DNA of 64,000 nt from Octopus vulgaris (GCA_951406725.2 OX597815.1:96844001-96908000); one strand, 5' to 3'. Shown: positions 13,625 to 27,100, counted from the stretch's first letter. Translations and numbers: made by a program. Notes: generated by a model not told the origin, from the sequence alone.

Positions 13625-15640
13625 TCTGTAGTTTCAGCTTAGAGCTGTGACCATGCTGGAGCACCGCTACTTTGCTACACTGTTTTTATTGTGAGCCACC
13701 TCTCATTCGTGAAACACGGTGAAGAATAGTCTGATGTAACTGCCCTTATTTGCACGTCTTGCCGTGAGGGGGTTCATCTGAGGCTCTTGAAAGGAAGAGC
13801 TCTAGCCTTGATTTCCTCTTTGTGCAAGTTCCTCGGGCTCTTTGAGAGAATATTAAAACGCTGTGGGCTCCTGAAACTCAGGCTGTTACAGAGCTTTCAA
13901 TGCCTAAATTTGGCACAACTCATTGCAGGATCTCCCAGATGTATATTACTGCGTACCTCTCCCGTACCTTTCGATCCAGGGAGTAGAGTCTTACCTTTTT
14001 CAGCCTTTCCCAGCAGATGAGCTGTTGCAAAGAGACGGTCTTCTTTGTGAAACTTCGTTGGATTGCTTCATTGTCCGTTGTTAATTTTATACTGTTGGGT
14101 GACCATAGCTGGGAGCAGTAATCCAGAAGGCTGGAGGCGAATTTCCTCCACAGAATTATCATAGTTTCCTTTTCTGTGGTTCTGAAAGTTTTCAGATTCC
14201 ATCAAGCCAGTCGTCTGCACTTTGTCACCTTCCTGTCATCGACGCATGTCGATACCCAGGCCCTTCAATTATTTAGGCTCTGGGATTGTAATTCCCTGTG
14301 GCCCAGTGTATCCTGTAAGTTTCATGTACAGTTTTGGACGCTGGTAGCACAGGGCTTGGAATGTTTGAGCATTAAACTGCATAATATCATCCTCAGTCCA
14401 TTTGTAAATTGTGACGGAATGCTACTGCAGATGTGCAACATCGCTGGGGTTCTGTATTCTCTGCGAGACGTTCGTATAGTCTGCATTGCTAGCAAGGGTA
14501 GCTATCCTGGCATTTGAGGGCATATCTGAGAGGGCCACTATGAAAAGCAGTGTTCCTAAAAGAGTGCCCTATAGAACACTGCTCACTATTTGTGTTTTAA
14601 TTGAGGTGGCTGCATTGGACAGTACTGCCTGGCTTGTATCTTTCAGAAACTCATGTAACCACTCCCCGAGTTTTTCGGCTATGCCGAGTTCATGCTGTTT
14701 ATGGCATCCTCATACCATGATCCACTTTATCAAAACCTTTTGCAAAATCAAAGTATATTACGTCTACATTTGACTTGTTGAGTAACCGCCTCAAATCCCA
14801 GTCATAATGTTGTAAGAGATGGGTCAGGCAAGCGTTACCTGGTCGAAAGCCATGCTTGGTATCATTCAGCAAGTTATTTTCTTCAAGGAATGCGATTAGT
14901 TTCCCTCTGACTATCTGTTCCATGACTAGTTTTTGGCATCTACTCTGCTTCGCCTTTACGGATTGGGCATATTATTCCCCCCTTCATCTTGCTTGGCAGC
15001 TTGCCATTTGCAAGAAAGCTCTGGAAGAGAATATTTTTGGGTTTGGCCAGGGCACGCTTACACGATTTGAGGTGGATTGCTATGAAACCATCAGGACCAG
15101 CAGTTGAGTTTGCGTCCACCTCATCTATGGTTAGTGGTATATCTTCTTCGCTGATATCGATGTATTACATCGTAACTGCATCGCTTTTTATAGGTAAGTC
15201 GGCAAATAAATCCACTGCTTCGTTCATTTGTATGTGATCCAACGGGGTGGTAAAGGCATTTTTGAACTGCCCATTCAATACCTCACTGATCCTGTTTGAA
15301 CAATCTGCGAGGGAGCCATCCTTTTGGAAGAGGAGTCCTATTTTGTAGCGTACTGGGGATGCTTCTTTCGCATGATGAAAGAAGGCCTTTGGGTTTGGCT
15401 TAATGTTTTTTATAACCCAGGCTTCTTTCTCTGCTCATTTCCTCACATAGAATTGCTGCTGGCTTGTTTCAATGTCCATCAGTGTTGTTTTAGGCCGGAA
15501 CTTTCGCTACATTTGAAACTTTAGTTCAGGCGATTTGCAACCTTCGTCCGTCGTCTCATGAGGATCTTCCTTTCCCTTGGAATCTTGTTCCTTTTTGTGT
15601 TGGCCTTGTGCGGTGGTACATATTTCTGACATATGGGTTC
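13625..15640 (-). mobile_element. 5'-truncated, disrupted CR1-superfamily LINE (RT remnant)
   Basis: Minus frames give NLLNDTKHGFRPGNACLTHLL...DVIYFDFAKGFDKVDHG and LDYCSQLWSP...AIQRSFTKK...WERLKKVRLYSLDRKVRERYAVIYIWEIL. Same 3' tail as 279-321. Confidence 0.9.
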
Positions 15641-15646
15641 TTGCCA

Positions 15647-16006
15647 ATATGTATAATGATAATAAGGACTTTGAAATAGATTTTTGAGATATGTGTTGAG
15701 AAAAAGACGCTAAATCGCACTCAAAGAAGTCACAAACACATGTGTTGAATTTGACGCAACAAGCCAACGGAATTTTTTTATTTATTTACTTCTGTATTAG
15801 CTAATTTCAGCAGAATACAGGAGAGACTTTGGGCAGAATTAGAAATTAGCTAATAGTGAACTATCTTATTAAAAATTTCTGTTGGCTTGTTGCGTCGATT
15901 TCAACAGGTGTTTGTGACTTCTTGGGGTGGTGAGACGATTTAGCATTCCTTTCTCAGCATATGGCTTGAAAATCTATTTCTAAGCCTTTATTATTATTAT
16001 ACATAT
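15647..16006. mobile_element. MITE-like element with long diverged inverted repeats
   Basis: Left arm (GAAATAGATTTT...GCTAAATCG...AAGAAGTCACAAACAC...GACGCAACAAGCCAAC...TATTAGCTAATTTC) is the reverse complement of the right arm (~15842-16006). Short spacer, no ORF. Confidence 0.7.
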
Positions 16007-16159
16007 ACTTTTCACCTTAATCGGTTTCATTATATATGCTGGCCACTGATAATTTTTTTGAAGCTTTATACACTAATATTATTATTATTGTTGTTGTTGT
16101 TAATATTATATGTGAGTGTGTGTGTGTATCATCCTCATCATCATCTTAATCATCATCAC

Positions 16160-16680
16160 CAGGGGAAGGTAGCTGCAGCAAGTAAGTTCGTGCAAGATAG
16201 GGAGAGGCCAGTAAAGTCAGCAAAAACCATACCTAGCTTCCTGCATGGGATATGAAAGTGAACATATGGAAGCGGCTGTTGTTTCTCAAGGTTGTCCATA
16301 CAACCATGAGGCCAAATATGGTTCTATGGTCTGAAAAGACGAAGAAAATGATCTTAATTGAAATTATAGTCCCGTGGAAAGTATAGCTTTTCCCAGTCAA
16401 GGTAGGTTGCAGGGGATTCCGGGCTTATTCAGCATGGAGTTTACTTATAACCGTTTGTATGAGAGGATAGGAGCGAAGGGTGATTGTGCGCAAGTTGAGA
16501 GAGACAGATGAAAGAGCTTCTTGTTGGCTTTGGAGCAAAGAAGAGGAGTTCCGCTGAAAGACAGGAGGAGCTGGAGCTAAAGGAACAGCGACTTGGACAA
16601 CTATGTTGACGTGGGGTATTACGGTTCATGGTCGAAGCACCAGATGAACATTAGTTACTGTCTGATGATATAAGTCCCCC
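16160..16680 (+). mobile_element. 3' fragment of HERO/NeSL-like RLE non-LTR retrotransposon
   Basis: Translates as TMRPNMVLWSEKTKKMILIEIIVPW, FPVKVGCRGF and ERASCWLWS, matching the RPD..ELTVPWE / PVEVGCRGF pattern of restriction-like endonucleases. Confidence 0.7.
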
Positions 16681-16782
16681 CAAGTCAAGGCTCAATTTAC
16701 TTTGGTGAATGGAAAAAGTATTTCCCTATAGGCATTATACATTTTTTTGTGTGTGCTTGTGTGTGTGTGTGCGTGTACGTAC

Positions 16783-16873
16783 GCGGCGAGCTGGCAGAAT
16801 CAATAGCACGCTGTACGAAATGCTTACCGGTATTTTGTCTACTGTTACGTTCTGAGTTCAAATTCCGCCGAGG
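16783..16873 (+). mobile_element. SINE family C head fragment
   Basis: GGCGAGCTGGCAGAAT...TTCTGAGTTCAAATTCCGCCGAGG matches the 5' part of 38548-38780. Confidence 0.8.
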
Positions 16874-16875
16874 CA

Positions 16876-17056
16876 CGGGAGACAGCACGAAACATTGTCT
16901 GTGTAACGACCTGTCATCATTTTCTTATATCAATAAAAGGCACTCCACATCTCTATTGAACTTCGTCTGGAGGCTCAAAGAAAAGGGAGTGGAAAATACA
17001 ACCCACTGGTCCATTATAAAAAATGCTCCATCATATAACGGATCATCACGGGTATG

Positions 17057-17060
<4 letters not shown>
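16876..17060 (+). mobile_element. Penelope-like (Neptune-type) GIY-YIG endonuclease fragment
   Basis: SSFSYINKRHSTSLLNFVWRLKEKGVENTTHWSIIKNAPSYNGSSRVCN aligns with STFRDKRKQQSTGLSKLVWPLKDNNITFKLDWSILSVSIPFDKGRKYCG of the 44452 ORF. Truncated at (TA)n. Confidence 0.75.
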
Positions 17061-17131
<71 letters not shown>

Positions 17132-17270
17132 TATATACGTACAAACATATAGTCAGACAGACAGACAGACACATAGAGAGCTAGATTGATAGATGGACAG
17201 AAATATAGGTAGACAGACAGACAGATAGGTAGCTAGATGGATAGGTGGAGAGATAGACAGATAGGCAGAG

Positions 17271-17733
17271 GATTATGCTCGAGCTGGTTCCATCATTCAC
17301 ACGTATCATCCTTGCTACATTCACCCATGTTTCCAAAAAAGATGGGTGAGTGTAGGAAGGATGGCGCATGTGAATGACGGAGCTGGCTTGAGCATCATCT
17401 ACGAACCAAAACAAAAAAGGAAAAGGGAGAGCCACTTACTGTAATGTGTGTTTTTTTTTTTGCATGACACTATTGACCAAGATTCCCACTGCCTTTCCGT
17501 AGGCTTTTCTTTCCACGGATAAACCTAATCTGTTTTCCCTTTTTACATTGACATTTCTGTGAAACACGATCCCTATTGATCGGCCTCCTTTATTTCCCAC
17601 GATCCCTTTTGATCGGAAATCAACCAACTTTTTTAGTTTTTAAAAGTTTTCTTCTCTTCTGCTTCCCCAAAAGAAAAGCTCTACATTGTATTGTGCCCCC
17701 TCTGTATTCATCCCTCTGTGGCCAATAAAGAAA
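17271..17733 (+). mobile_element. Probable LINE 3' end (L1/Tx1-like?) with 5' fold-back inversion
   Basis: Inverted arms 17271-17328 and 17342-17399 (RWVSVGRMAHVND on plus, WVNVARMIRVND on minus). A T-rich UTR-like stretch ends TGTGGCCAATAAAGAAA, similar to the SINE C tail. Confidence 0.5.
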
Positions 17734-18163
17734 CACAAACACACACACACACACGTATATATATATATATAGAGAGAGAAAGAGAGATAGACAGACAGAA
17801 GGACAGATAGACAGATAGATAGATAGATAGATAAATCTATTGATTGTTTGAAGTCAGAAATATATATAGATATCTCCAATCATTTTAGTTTTTCATTCAA
17901 AATACCGTTTTCCTTTCGTTAAATATAATGCGCGGTTCAATATTTTCAAATAAATCCTTTGCTTGAAAGACTAAAAAAACTGCGAAACATATCCAGTTAT
18001 TTAATGTGCAGTGTAACATGCCAGTGCTAAACACAGTAAATTATCCTGAAAATAGAATGTGGAAGGCTAAAACAGTAACATTGAACAATGAAAATTGTCG
18101 ATATATCTTATTAACAATATGTCACTGTCCTATCGACGATATAAAAGAATAGCTACATTTATA

Positions 18164-18164
<1 letters not shown>

Positions 18165-18220
<56 letters not shown>

Positions 18221-18234
18221 AACTGCTGCTGCTG

Positions 18235-18266
<32 letters not shown>

Positions 18267-18270
18267 GCCA
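18165..18270. repeat. (TAC)n/(TGC)n microsatellite
   Basis: Seen directly. Confidence 0.95.
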
Positions 18271-18439
18271 CTACTTTTGGTTCTATTTCCACCGCAACGT
18301 CTACTGCTACGGCTTCTGCTATTAATAATAATACAAAGAAGAAAAAAAGATGACGAAGAAAAGAAACAAGGAATAATAATAATCATTTCTAATGTAGTCA
18401 CGAGGCCTGAAAGCTAAGGGTGGGAGCTATTCTCTTACA

Positions 18440-18600
18440 TTTGACACCAGTACTCAAAATGTTTTTTTCTTTCAGCGCTCTCGAAAGTACGAAAGAAAAA
18501 TGCGATCTCTGCCGATGGTGAACTAAAACCTAACTTTGGACAAAATGCCGATAGGCATTTTATCTGACATGCTAACAATTTTGTCAGCTCGCAGCCTTTA
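18440..18600 (-). mobile_element. Old SINE family C copy
   Basis: Reverse complement starts AAGGCTGCGAGCTGACAAAATTGTTAGCATGTCAGATAAAATGCC, like the 38548 head. Confidence 0.6.
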
Positions 18601-18624
18601 CTACTGCTGCTGCTACTACTGTCC

Positions 18625-19435
18625 AAGCATCCTTTTCTTTATCCACCTATTTTCAGTTTCATCAATTCTAAAGTGCTTGTTCAGCGCTTTATCTTTGCAA
18701 TCTTTCATCCTACATAAGCCCGACCATCTTACTTCCGATATTAGTTGTTCTGTGGCACTTTTACATACCCTGCTATGATGTTTTCTTTGGTTTAATGCTG
18801 TGTTCGCATCTACTCAGTCCTCTTCCCTCTCTTTTTCTTGCTACATACAGTCTGTCTGTTTCACTTTTTGGGTGGGTGTATTCCATATCTAGTCACCAAC
18901 TTCTTTGTCTTTCTGTCTAAGCTGTTTAGTTTGTTTACTACCCATGCGATTATCCCTGCTCCATAGCTAAACAGTGAAACCATCCAGATATTGATAGCAT
19001 CAAACTTATTCCGTCTGTTTAATATCGACTTAAGGAGCAGTCGCACTCTGCGCAAGTACTCCACCTTAAATTCTTTTGTCATTTCTTTCTCCATTAGTTT
19101 TAACCATTTCCAATATCCACAAGTACTTATAGCTCGTCTCTTCTATCGGTTTCATAACCAAACCCCCAATGTATTGCTAACCCGTCAATATATTTGACTT
19201 TGCCTCTCTTCAAGACTAATACACCACATTTTCTCAGTCCGAACTCAATTCTGATATCAACACTGAATATATACACCGTATTGACGAGGACGTTTGAGGT
19301 GATTCATGAATAAGAAGTGGTAAACTTTTTGTTGGCGGCTTTTGAATACGTACTCAGCCATTGCTTTCCTCAGAATCAGTACAATGACAATTGGGGACAG
19401 ACAGTCCCTTTGGAAGATGCCTCTGTCGATCTCTA
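18625..19435 (-). mobile_element. Degenerate R4/Dong-like LINE RT fragment
   Basis: RGIFQRDCLSP...ILRKA...QQKVYHFLFMNHLK and EYLRRVRLLLKSILNRRNKFDAINIW...YGAGII.W...LDRKTKKL. Abuts (ATC)n/(ATT)n repeats. Confidence 0.8.
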
Positions 19436-19502
19436 TTATCATCATCATCATCATCATCCTCATCATCATCATCATCATCATCATCATTATCATTATCAGT
19501 AA

Positions 19503-19539
<37 letters not shown>

Positions 19540-19595
19540 ATTATTGATAGATTGATTGATTCTAGTTTCAGCTTATGATTATTATTATTATGGGG

Positions 19596-19680
<85 letters not shown>

Positions 19681-19692
19681 GTTATTATTATT
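19436..19692. repeat. (ATC)n/(ATT)n microsatellite cluster
   Basis: Seen directly. Confidence 0.95.
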
Positions 19693-20402
19693 GGAAAACC
19701 TTTGTGAAATGATCCACTGAAAATGTTAGTAATTGCTTCAATCTTTGTAGTGATTACTCGAGATTAAATGAGAAACATGGGGTATGAGAATTAATACACA
19801 CACAAGTATAGGGATGTCTTGTTAGTTTCTATGAATTGGCCCTGTGCAAGAACTGGTATTAAACGTTGATTAATTGAAATTACTCTTGATTAATTGAATT
19901 ACTAATTTTTATATATGTAAATGATGATGTAGTGCACATGAGACATATTTGCTTTTCAAAGATATATGCGAGTGTTTACCTTACCATTTATGAATTCACC
20001 ACATGATTTATAAATTAGTGAAAGAAATTGTAATTTAATAAAAGATAATTTTTGTAAATCATGTGATGGTTTTTCTATAACTTATACAAATGTATTGGGG
20101 TTAGAAATTCAACATGAGATTTTGAGAGTATACGCTTATTATGCATATTGTGAATATACTCCATATCTAAAATTTATCTTGTTTCGCAAGGGTTATAAGT
20201 GAGACATGCTTGCAATTTTCTCTTTTAAATTGCTTTTTACGCATGCAAGACGAGAATTTGATTCCCCTAGTGTTTAAGCTGTCCACACTTGAGGATGGTG
20301 TGATGTTTCATTTTCCTGAGACACACATAAGCTGAAAGGCGGTGTCAAGCACCCATTCTCAGTTTGTGATACCATCGTGTACACACCCACACACACATAT
20401 AC

Positions 20403-20471
<69 letters not shown>

Positions 20472-20570
20472 CACATATGTATACATATCTATACATATGC
20501 ATATATAGATGTCTGTGTATACGTATACGTATGTATAATAGTACATCTCCCATATATATTTGTACGTATG

Positions 20571-20623
<53 letters not shown>

Positions 20624-21008
20624 ATATATGTATGTATATACATATACACACACACACGAGCAGACACTATGTATACTCATAAAAATTCAGAAATAATTAT
20701 TTTTCCTCACCTATGGTTTCCATTACAAAATTCTTACTGGTTATTATTGAGGATCGTGCTATTAAGATGAACATAAATTTCAAAGAGTGAACATAACACA
20801 TCCAGTTGCAAATATATATACGAATTTAATCTTATACACCTAGTCTAATTTATCCTTTTAGTTGTTAAACTACTTGCAGTATTTCACATCTCTAGGTATT
20901 GAATTTATATGCATACATACTTAGCAAAACATACGAACACATGAACATCACACACACTCACACACTTTGATATACACGTACGCGTATGCATACGCATACA
21001 TACATACT

Positions 21009-21068
<60 letters not shown>

Positions 21069-21115
21069 CATACATGTATGTATTTGTATGTGTGTATGCA
21101 TATAATGTATATATA

Positions 21116-21155
<40 letters not shown>

Positions 21156-21846
21156 TGTGCGTGTATGTGTGTGTGTTTATATACGAGTGTGTTTGAGTAT
21201 GATCTTATATACATACATCTTGCGAAAATAAATCATAAATATAAGTAATCATGTTGTGATCGTAGCGATGATAGAGAACAGGAAATAAAAACTGAAAAAA
21301 AATAAATGCAAGAATATAGAGGAAAATATTGGCTCTTAAGCAAGTATGTGATTACATTCTAGTAATTCCGCTTGGAAAAAAATAATTTGCTTCTTCCTTT
21401 TATACTTTTTTCTTTTTTTTATTGTTGGAAGAAAGTAATTTGTTTTTCCTTTTTTTTTCTGGTTTTCTTCATTTCACTTCCTTATATTGCTATACTTGAA
21501 TGTTTGCCCTTGCTAGTACAAACGTAATTGCTTGAGCGCTTGATTATTGCGCTTACGTACAGAGCTAGTGTCTAAATCAGGCAAACTTTGTTTCTGACTC
21601 ATATACCTACGAACGATTATTGTTGCGACTGACTATTATCACTACAGTTGCATATAGAATACAATAGTGCAGTCCTAGGCCCATCGTTTTCCATAGATAT
21701 AGCTACATAGAAATAGTTTCAGATGAAAATGTCTACATACTAGTATCAATACTGAGGAACAAGTTAAGCAAGCTAACATGGGTATATATATATATATATA
21801 TATAGTACCAGAAAAGAGGAATTTTGATTATCCCCACGTCGTGAGT

Positions 21847-21887
<41 letters not shown>

Positions 21888-21929
21888 GTATGTGAAGATG
21901 AACGTGATTAATGTTGAATGTAAGTAACA

Positions 21930-22700
21930 CGAGCGTAGCTACTGATAACGTGTACAGACGGAAATGTCTAAGAATATGTTAAATACGGACGAAATAGTTG
22001 TAGAGGAAAACTTATTTAAAGACGATGATAGCTTAAGGCAAATACCTGGATGCAACCATATTAAACTGATATCTTCGGCTGAACTGAGTTTTTGATGACT
22101 ATAACAAATACAAAATATTGGTGCAGGACTCACTAGCTACAACAACCATGTTCATAGTTAAGTATAGCCTACATTCACAAATACTTGTATGGTATCCCCA
22201 ATGGCTTGTGTGTCAGGCTAGATAATTTGGCGGTCAGCAATCTCCATTGATTCTTGAACAACGTCACGCACAGAAGTGCAGCACTTTTACCATTCTCGTT
22301 GCAGTCAGGCCAGGAGTTTCTTTATTTGCTTCTTTAGCAACCTGCTACGACCGTTTCCCGGATAATGGTTTTGGATGCGGTGGCCTATTGTGATACAAAT
22401 TCTTATCAAGTGCAGACTTGCTGTATGATAAATATTTGTGTCATATAGTCGGTGCATGTGATGCTTCCTGACTTTTAGAGCTCTTGTGCTCGGACGTCTG
22501 GATTCCTGGTTACATGTCGAATGTGTCACGTTTCACACGCGCATAGAATGTTCAGAGGTAGAACGACCATCTAAAGTGAGGGATTTCTGGGAAAACCTGA
22601 TCGAACTGCTTCCTCAAACAACACCATGTCTAGCTTCTTTACTGTACTACTTCCTTTTATACTTGCAATGCTCATTAAGGCTATGTTGGATACTTAAAAG
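21930..22700 (+). pseudogene. Possible highly degenerate PLE-type reverse transcriptase remnant
   Basis: Motif-like pieces in the expected order across frameshifts: SQI/GIPNGLCVRLDNLAV..LH (motif B-like), then YDRFPDNGFG (YxDD-like). Confidence 0.3.
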
Positions 22701-23639
22701 AATTCAACAACCAACAAAAGCAACATCAGGAGTAGGTTATATATGTAAACTGCTACAAGGATATATATCATATATAATAGACACACACAAGAAATAATGC
22801 AAGAAACTAAATTTTTCTCGGTTTTAATGCATAAAACAATGGGTAACACGAAAGTGTGATAGGAAGCATCTTCTCAAACTTCTATACAGTGTAGTGATAC
22901 CAGGCATGCGTAGTAAGCAGGGCGATGTGGGTTTATGAACATTATTGAATAATTAAAATATTTTCAACTTACTTCGTTCATCTATTCACATACACATCAT
23001 GAGATTGCATATAAAGTTTGATTTTTAAAACTTTCTGACAGAAGAAACGTCTATTTAAGGATGCTTTTTCTAGCTAATACCATGAGAATGTGAATTCAAA
23101 GCGTAGCGGAAAAGAAATGCTTTAGAGTACCTGATCCGATGTTCTCCAACTGTTTCTATTTTGTTATCCTCATTAAAATGCATGATTAATCGGATGTTTT
23201 TAATACCATTTTTCAGTAAATAAAATTATTGTCTCTGCCATCTTTAGAACAATGTGAATATAAAACAGATTATTCCATCTTTTTACATTCCTTTTTCTGT
23301 AGTAATACATTTTGAAGACATAGAAATAATAATTTTTGGCGACATGCATTAAGAGGATCTTTCACATAGGCATACCTGTACGTAAGTGCTGGAATATAAA
23401 TGCATTAATTCTAGCAAGTATACAGATGCGTGTGTAAGTATTTGAGTATGAGTTTTTTTCTTCTTTGTGAATATGGAAAGCGATCATCTACTTATATTCG
23501 AATATAATTGCCCTTGGAACGTAGAGTTTATAGATAAACGAAATCTGTGTCTTGAGATAATGCGTTCCTTCGTCCTTCTAGTAATTCTATCGAAAACGCC
23601 ATTCCCTGAATTCCCAGTCTACAACCAAGCCAACTATAG

Positions 23640-24190
23640 GATACATGTGTGGTCGCGACCTGCTAGAAACAGCAGCTATGTCTCTCTCAAATTACACGCC
23701 GTCATGTTCCGAAAGAAAAGCTATACTGTATCATGTAGACGAGGTAGATAATGATTGAAATACCTTTGATCATAACAACAACTGTAGCAACAATGACCAC
23801 AGGAGCAGCAAGCCAGATAGAAGAAATATGCTATAGACACAGCTCTGGTGAAGAAAATAAAATGATATGACGTGTTAACAGCTGGAACATTTTGCTATAT
23901 AGGTCTGCTTGATGTCTGCTGACTTGTGTCTAAACAACACCAACAAAAGAACAAAAACAAAGCTTCAGTAGTGAAGCGATGAAAGAATATCTAAGCGGCT
24001 GTTCGACTTTTTAGAAAAGGTAGCAAAATCTCCATTCACACTACATCCTACATTGGAGTTTAAAACGAACAATACTTTGAATAAAGTATAAACAATATTC
24101 CCGAATGTAGAAGACAGAAGAACACAACTGGAAATACTTTGATGATAAGTATAATCGAGTATGGCTACACAGGATTAAAACAACAAGTTT
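23640..24190 (+). mobile_element. Two old copies of an interspersed repeat with (CAA)n-type tail
   Basis: Recurring GACCTGCTAGAAACAGCAGC / GACTTTTTAGAAAAGGTAGC...GAAATAC(C)TTTGAT...AAACAACAA segments. A similar piece occurs near 38155-38240. Confidence 0.45.
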
Positions 24191-27100
24191 AACAGCTATA
24201 AGATTCCTTCAAAAGAAAACATATCCTTTGTCTTTTTAAATTTGAATTAACACTGGCAGGGGGTAGTTAGCATGTAAATAGTTTGTGTAGTTTAGCCTTT
24301 AAACTGGTTACTAACTTATATTTTCTGTGATATCCACATGTACATAGTGTATGTAATTTTAGCTACATTTCATCGAATAAATATGTTTAGCGATGTAAGA
24401 ACTGTAATTCCTATGTGGCATTTGTCAATGAAATTCTATCCATTGTACAGATGTAATATTGATTATTTGTGGTAAGGTTAAGCTAAACAGTTCACCTTGA
24501 TATGATGATATTGCATTTACTTCAATGATGATGCTATCGGTTAACTTATTCTGGGTACGCTATTATTAAATGTTCTGAATTTAGCTTGCATTTTTGTCAC
24601 CCAATACTTGTGTATTTTCATATATTATATGCATATGTCCGAGTGTATCAGTGCATGTGTGTGTGTACCTAATATATACGTATATATATATATATGTTCT
24701 TATCAGTAGGTATCTGTGAGTGTGTGCGTGTATACACATACACATATTAAGTAATATGTAAGCACAATCTTCTGCATGTACTTAAGAGATGTTGAAATCT
24801 AGTCAACTTTCTTTTTGTTTCTTTTATGCTTGTAGTCCACATATTCTGAACGATGAATGGCTTTCATTCCAATTTAGTTTTTTCTTGTCTTATCTTGCAG
24901 ATAATTGGCCACGGTATTTCTGTCTCTCACTTTTTCTTTCTTTCTCACTTTTTCTTTCTCTATCTCTCGCTCACCATTTTAAAACTGTAGTTTGCAATTC
25001 CATTTGATGTTGAACTATATCTTTTACTATTCGGCTCGACGGTCACTTATGTCTTTTACTATAACTCTGTCTCATTACTATTGACAACAGTTTTCCTTAC
25101 TCTCTAGTTTATGTCCTAACAAAACACTAGAACTGTTAAAAATATTCGTCACATTCATTGCAACAATATCATTAATAAGAATGTTTTTGGTTTACCTAAT
25201 AATGAAACCAGCACTTGTTTTGCTGTTGTTTGGCATCAACACTGACTTTACGGAGCGAATATGTGTACAAAGGTCACTTAGCCACGATTATTCTTTGTAG
25301 CTTCATGCGCTGTTCACTTAAGACCACGTTACTCAAGTGTTCAAAGATAATGTTTGATTTCAAAGAGGTTGTTGTTGCTATTTTCAAGGAAGAGTACGAC
25401 GTCATAGAGGACATTCATGTTCGCTGAGTTATTCCTTGAAGTGATCATTTGTTTGTTACTATTGCTTCTGTTACGGCAGTTGCTCCTTTTACGGCTACAG
25501 TTATTGATATTGCTGCTACGGCAGCTGATGATGATAATGGCAAAGATAATAACAACTTTGTTCTTTAATTTTTCAAGGTTGAGAATGTGTGTGCGTGTGC
25601 AATGAGGTGCGTCGGTGTTTGTGTGTGATTTTGTGCTTTAGTCTTGAAGTTATTTGATCTCAGAAACCAAGACGTCAGAATTAATACCGTAACGTATTGG
25701 AAACAAAGCTCTGGCAGACTTCCCAACTTACTATGTTCATGTGATCCCACGTTCATGTAAAGACGTATATTTATCTATGTATGTGTGTGTATGTGTCTGT
25801 ATGTGTGGTTGCGTGATTTCATGTATATGTGTGAGTGTATGCATATAGTAATATGTGCAACATAAATCCTGGAACGCACAACCTGACTTGACTTAGGAAA
25901 TTTAAAACTTGCATATATTACGAAAGCATTATGTTACAATATGATCTCCTTTCCTATCTCTCTCACGTATGTGCATCTACAAATACACAGACGCACTGAG
26001 ATATATCTATCTATCTTTATACAAACACGCACATATGTATTATGCATGCACTCACACGCGTTATTGCCGTGTAAATGATACGTTACTGCATGTATGCACA
26101 TCATACCCCATCACGGTAGATTTACCTGACATGATTGATATTTCACTTGACGGTATACTGATTCATCTTAATGATCAATAAATTCATATGATTCCGGTAA
26201 TTTGACTGAACATTAAAATATATGATGACAATTATGCACTCTGAGAACGTCATATGCTTATGTTGTTGTTGGTTTTGTTGACTATTGACATATAGCGACA
26301 GATGGGGTCTACGAAGGTAGTCCATACATCATATGATCGTTTGTTGTAGGCGGCTGAATTTAGGAATTAAATTGCAGATGAGGTAGAAAATAATCTAAAA
26401 AAGTGTTCTGGAGTAGTTGACGTATGCAGACTTGTCCGAGGGTGTATTGATGAGTAAAAGTGATGTAAGAAATGCGAACCTGGAAGTAAATTGCGTTGCG
26501 AGGATTATCAGAGTTTATATATATACAATTTAAATTGAGGGTTTGCAGTAGGTAATGTCCAGGCTACATATGTTTCCTAGCTAGCAGAATCTCGTGAGTA
26601 ATGATAATTACTAACTTGCTACTCATCAAGTCGAAGGTAAATGAAACTTACATTGCCATTTTTGCGGTTTTACCACTCATTTTAAGTTACTTCTCCTATC
26701 AGTCAATTCGAGATCCCTTCACGACAATGTAGCCTTCATTTATCTTCGGCATGGTGAGTAGCTAGTGGAGTAACCCTAGTTGAGTAAATATTACTTCCGA
26801 GGTTCTGCTTGCGAAGAAACGTATGTGGCCTGGATTCCTACCTACTCCATTCGCTCAATTTGAATTTTTATTCGCATTCATAGCAAATCAAGATGCTAAC
26901 CGTTGAGCAATTTATAGGTGGTGATGATAATGGTGGTGGTGGTGGGGCGCTGACGATTCTGCCAGCTCGACTCCCTAACGAGATAGAATATTAAAATTTC
27001 AAGCATATTCTTTACCCTTTGATGGTTTTTCAATCGGTGGAGCTGATTAGGAACGTCAAAAATTTTCGGTCAAAATATGTAAATGATGTAGCAGGAGCCA

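Noticed and set aside
20270-20378. TTGAGGA...GAAA as a hammerhead
   Set aside because: No consistent stems I-III.
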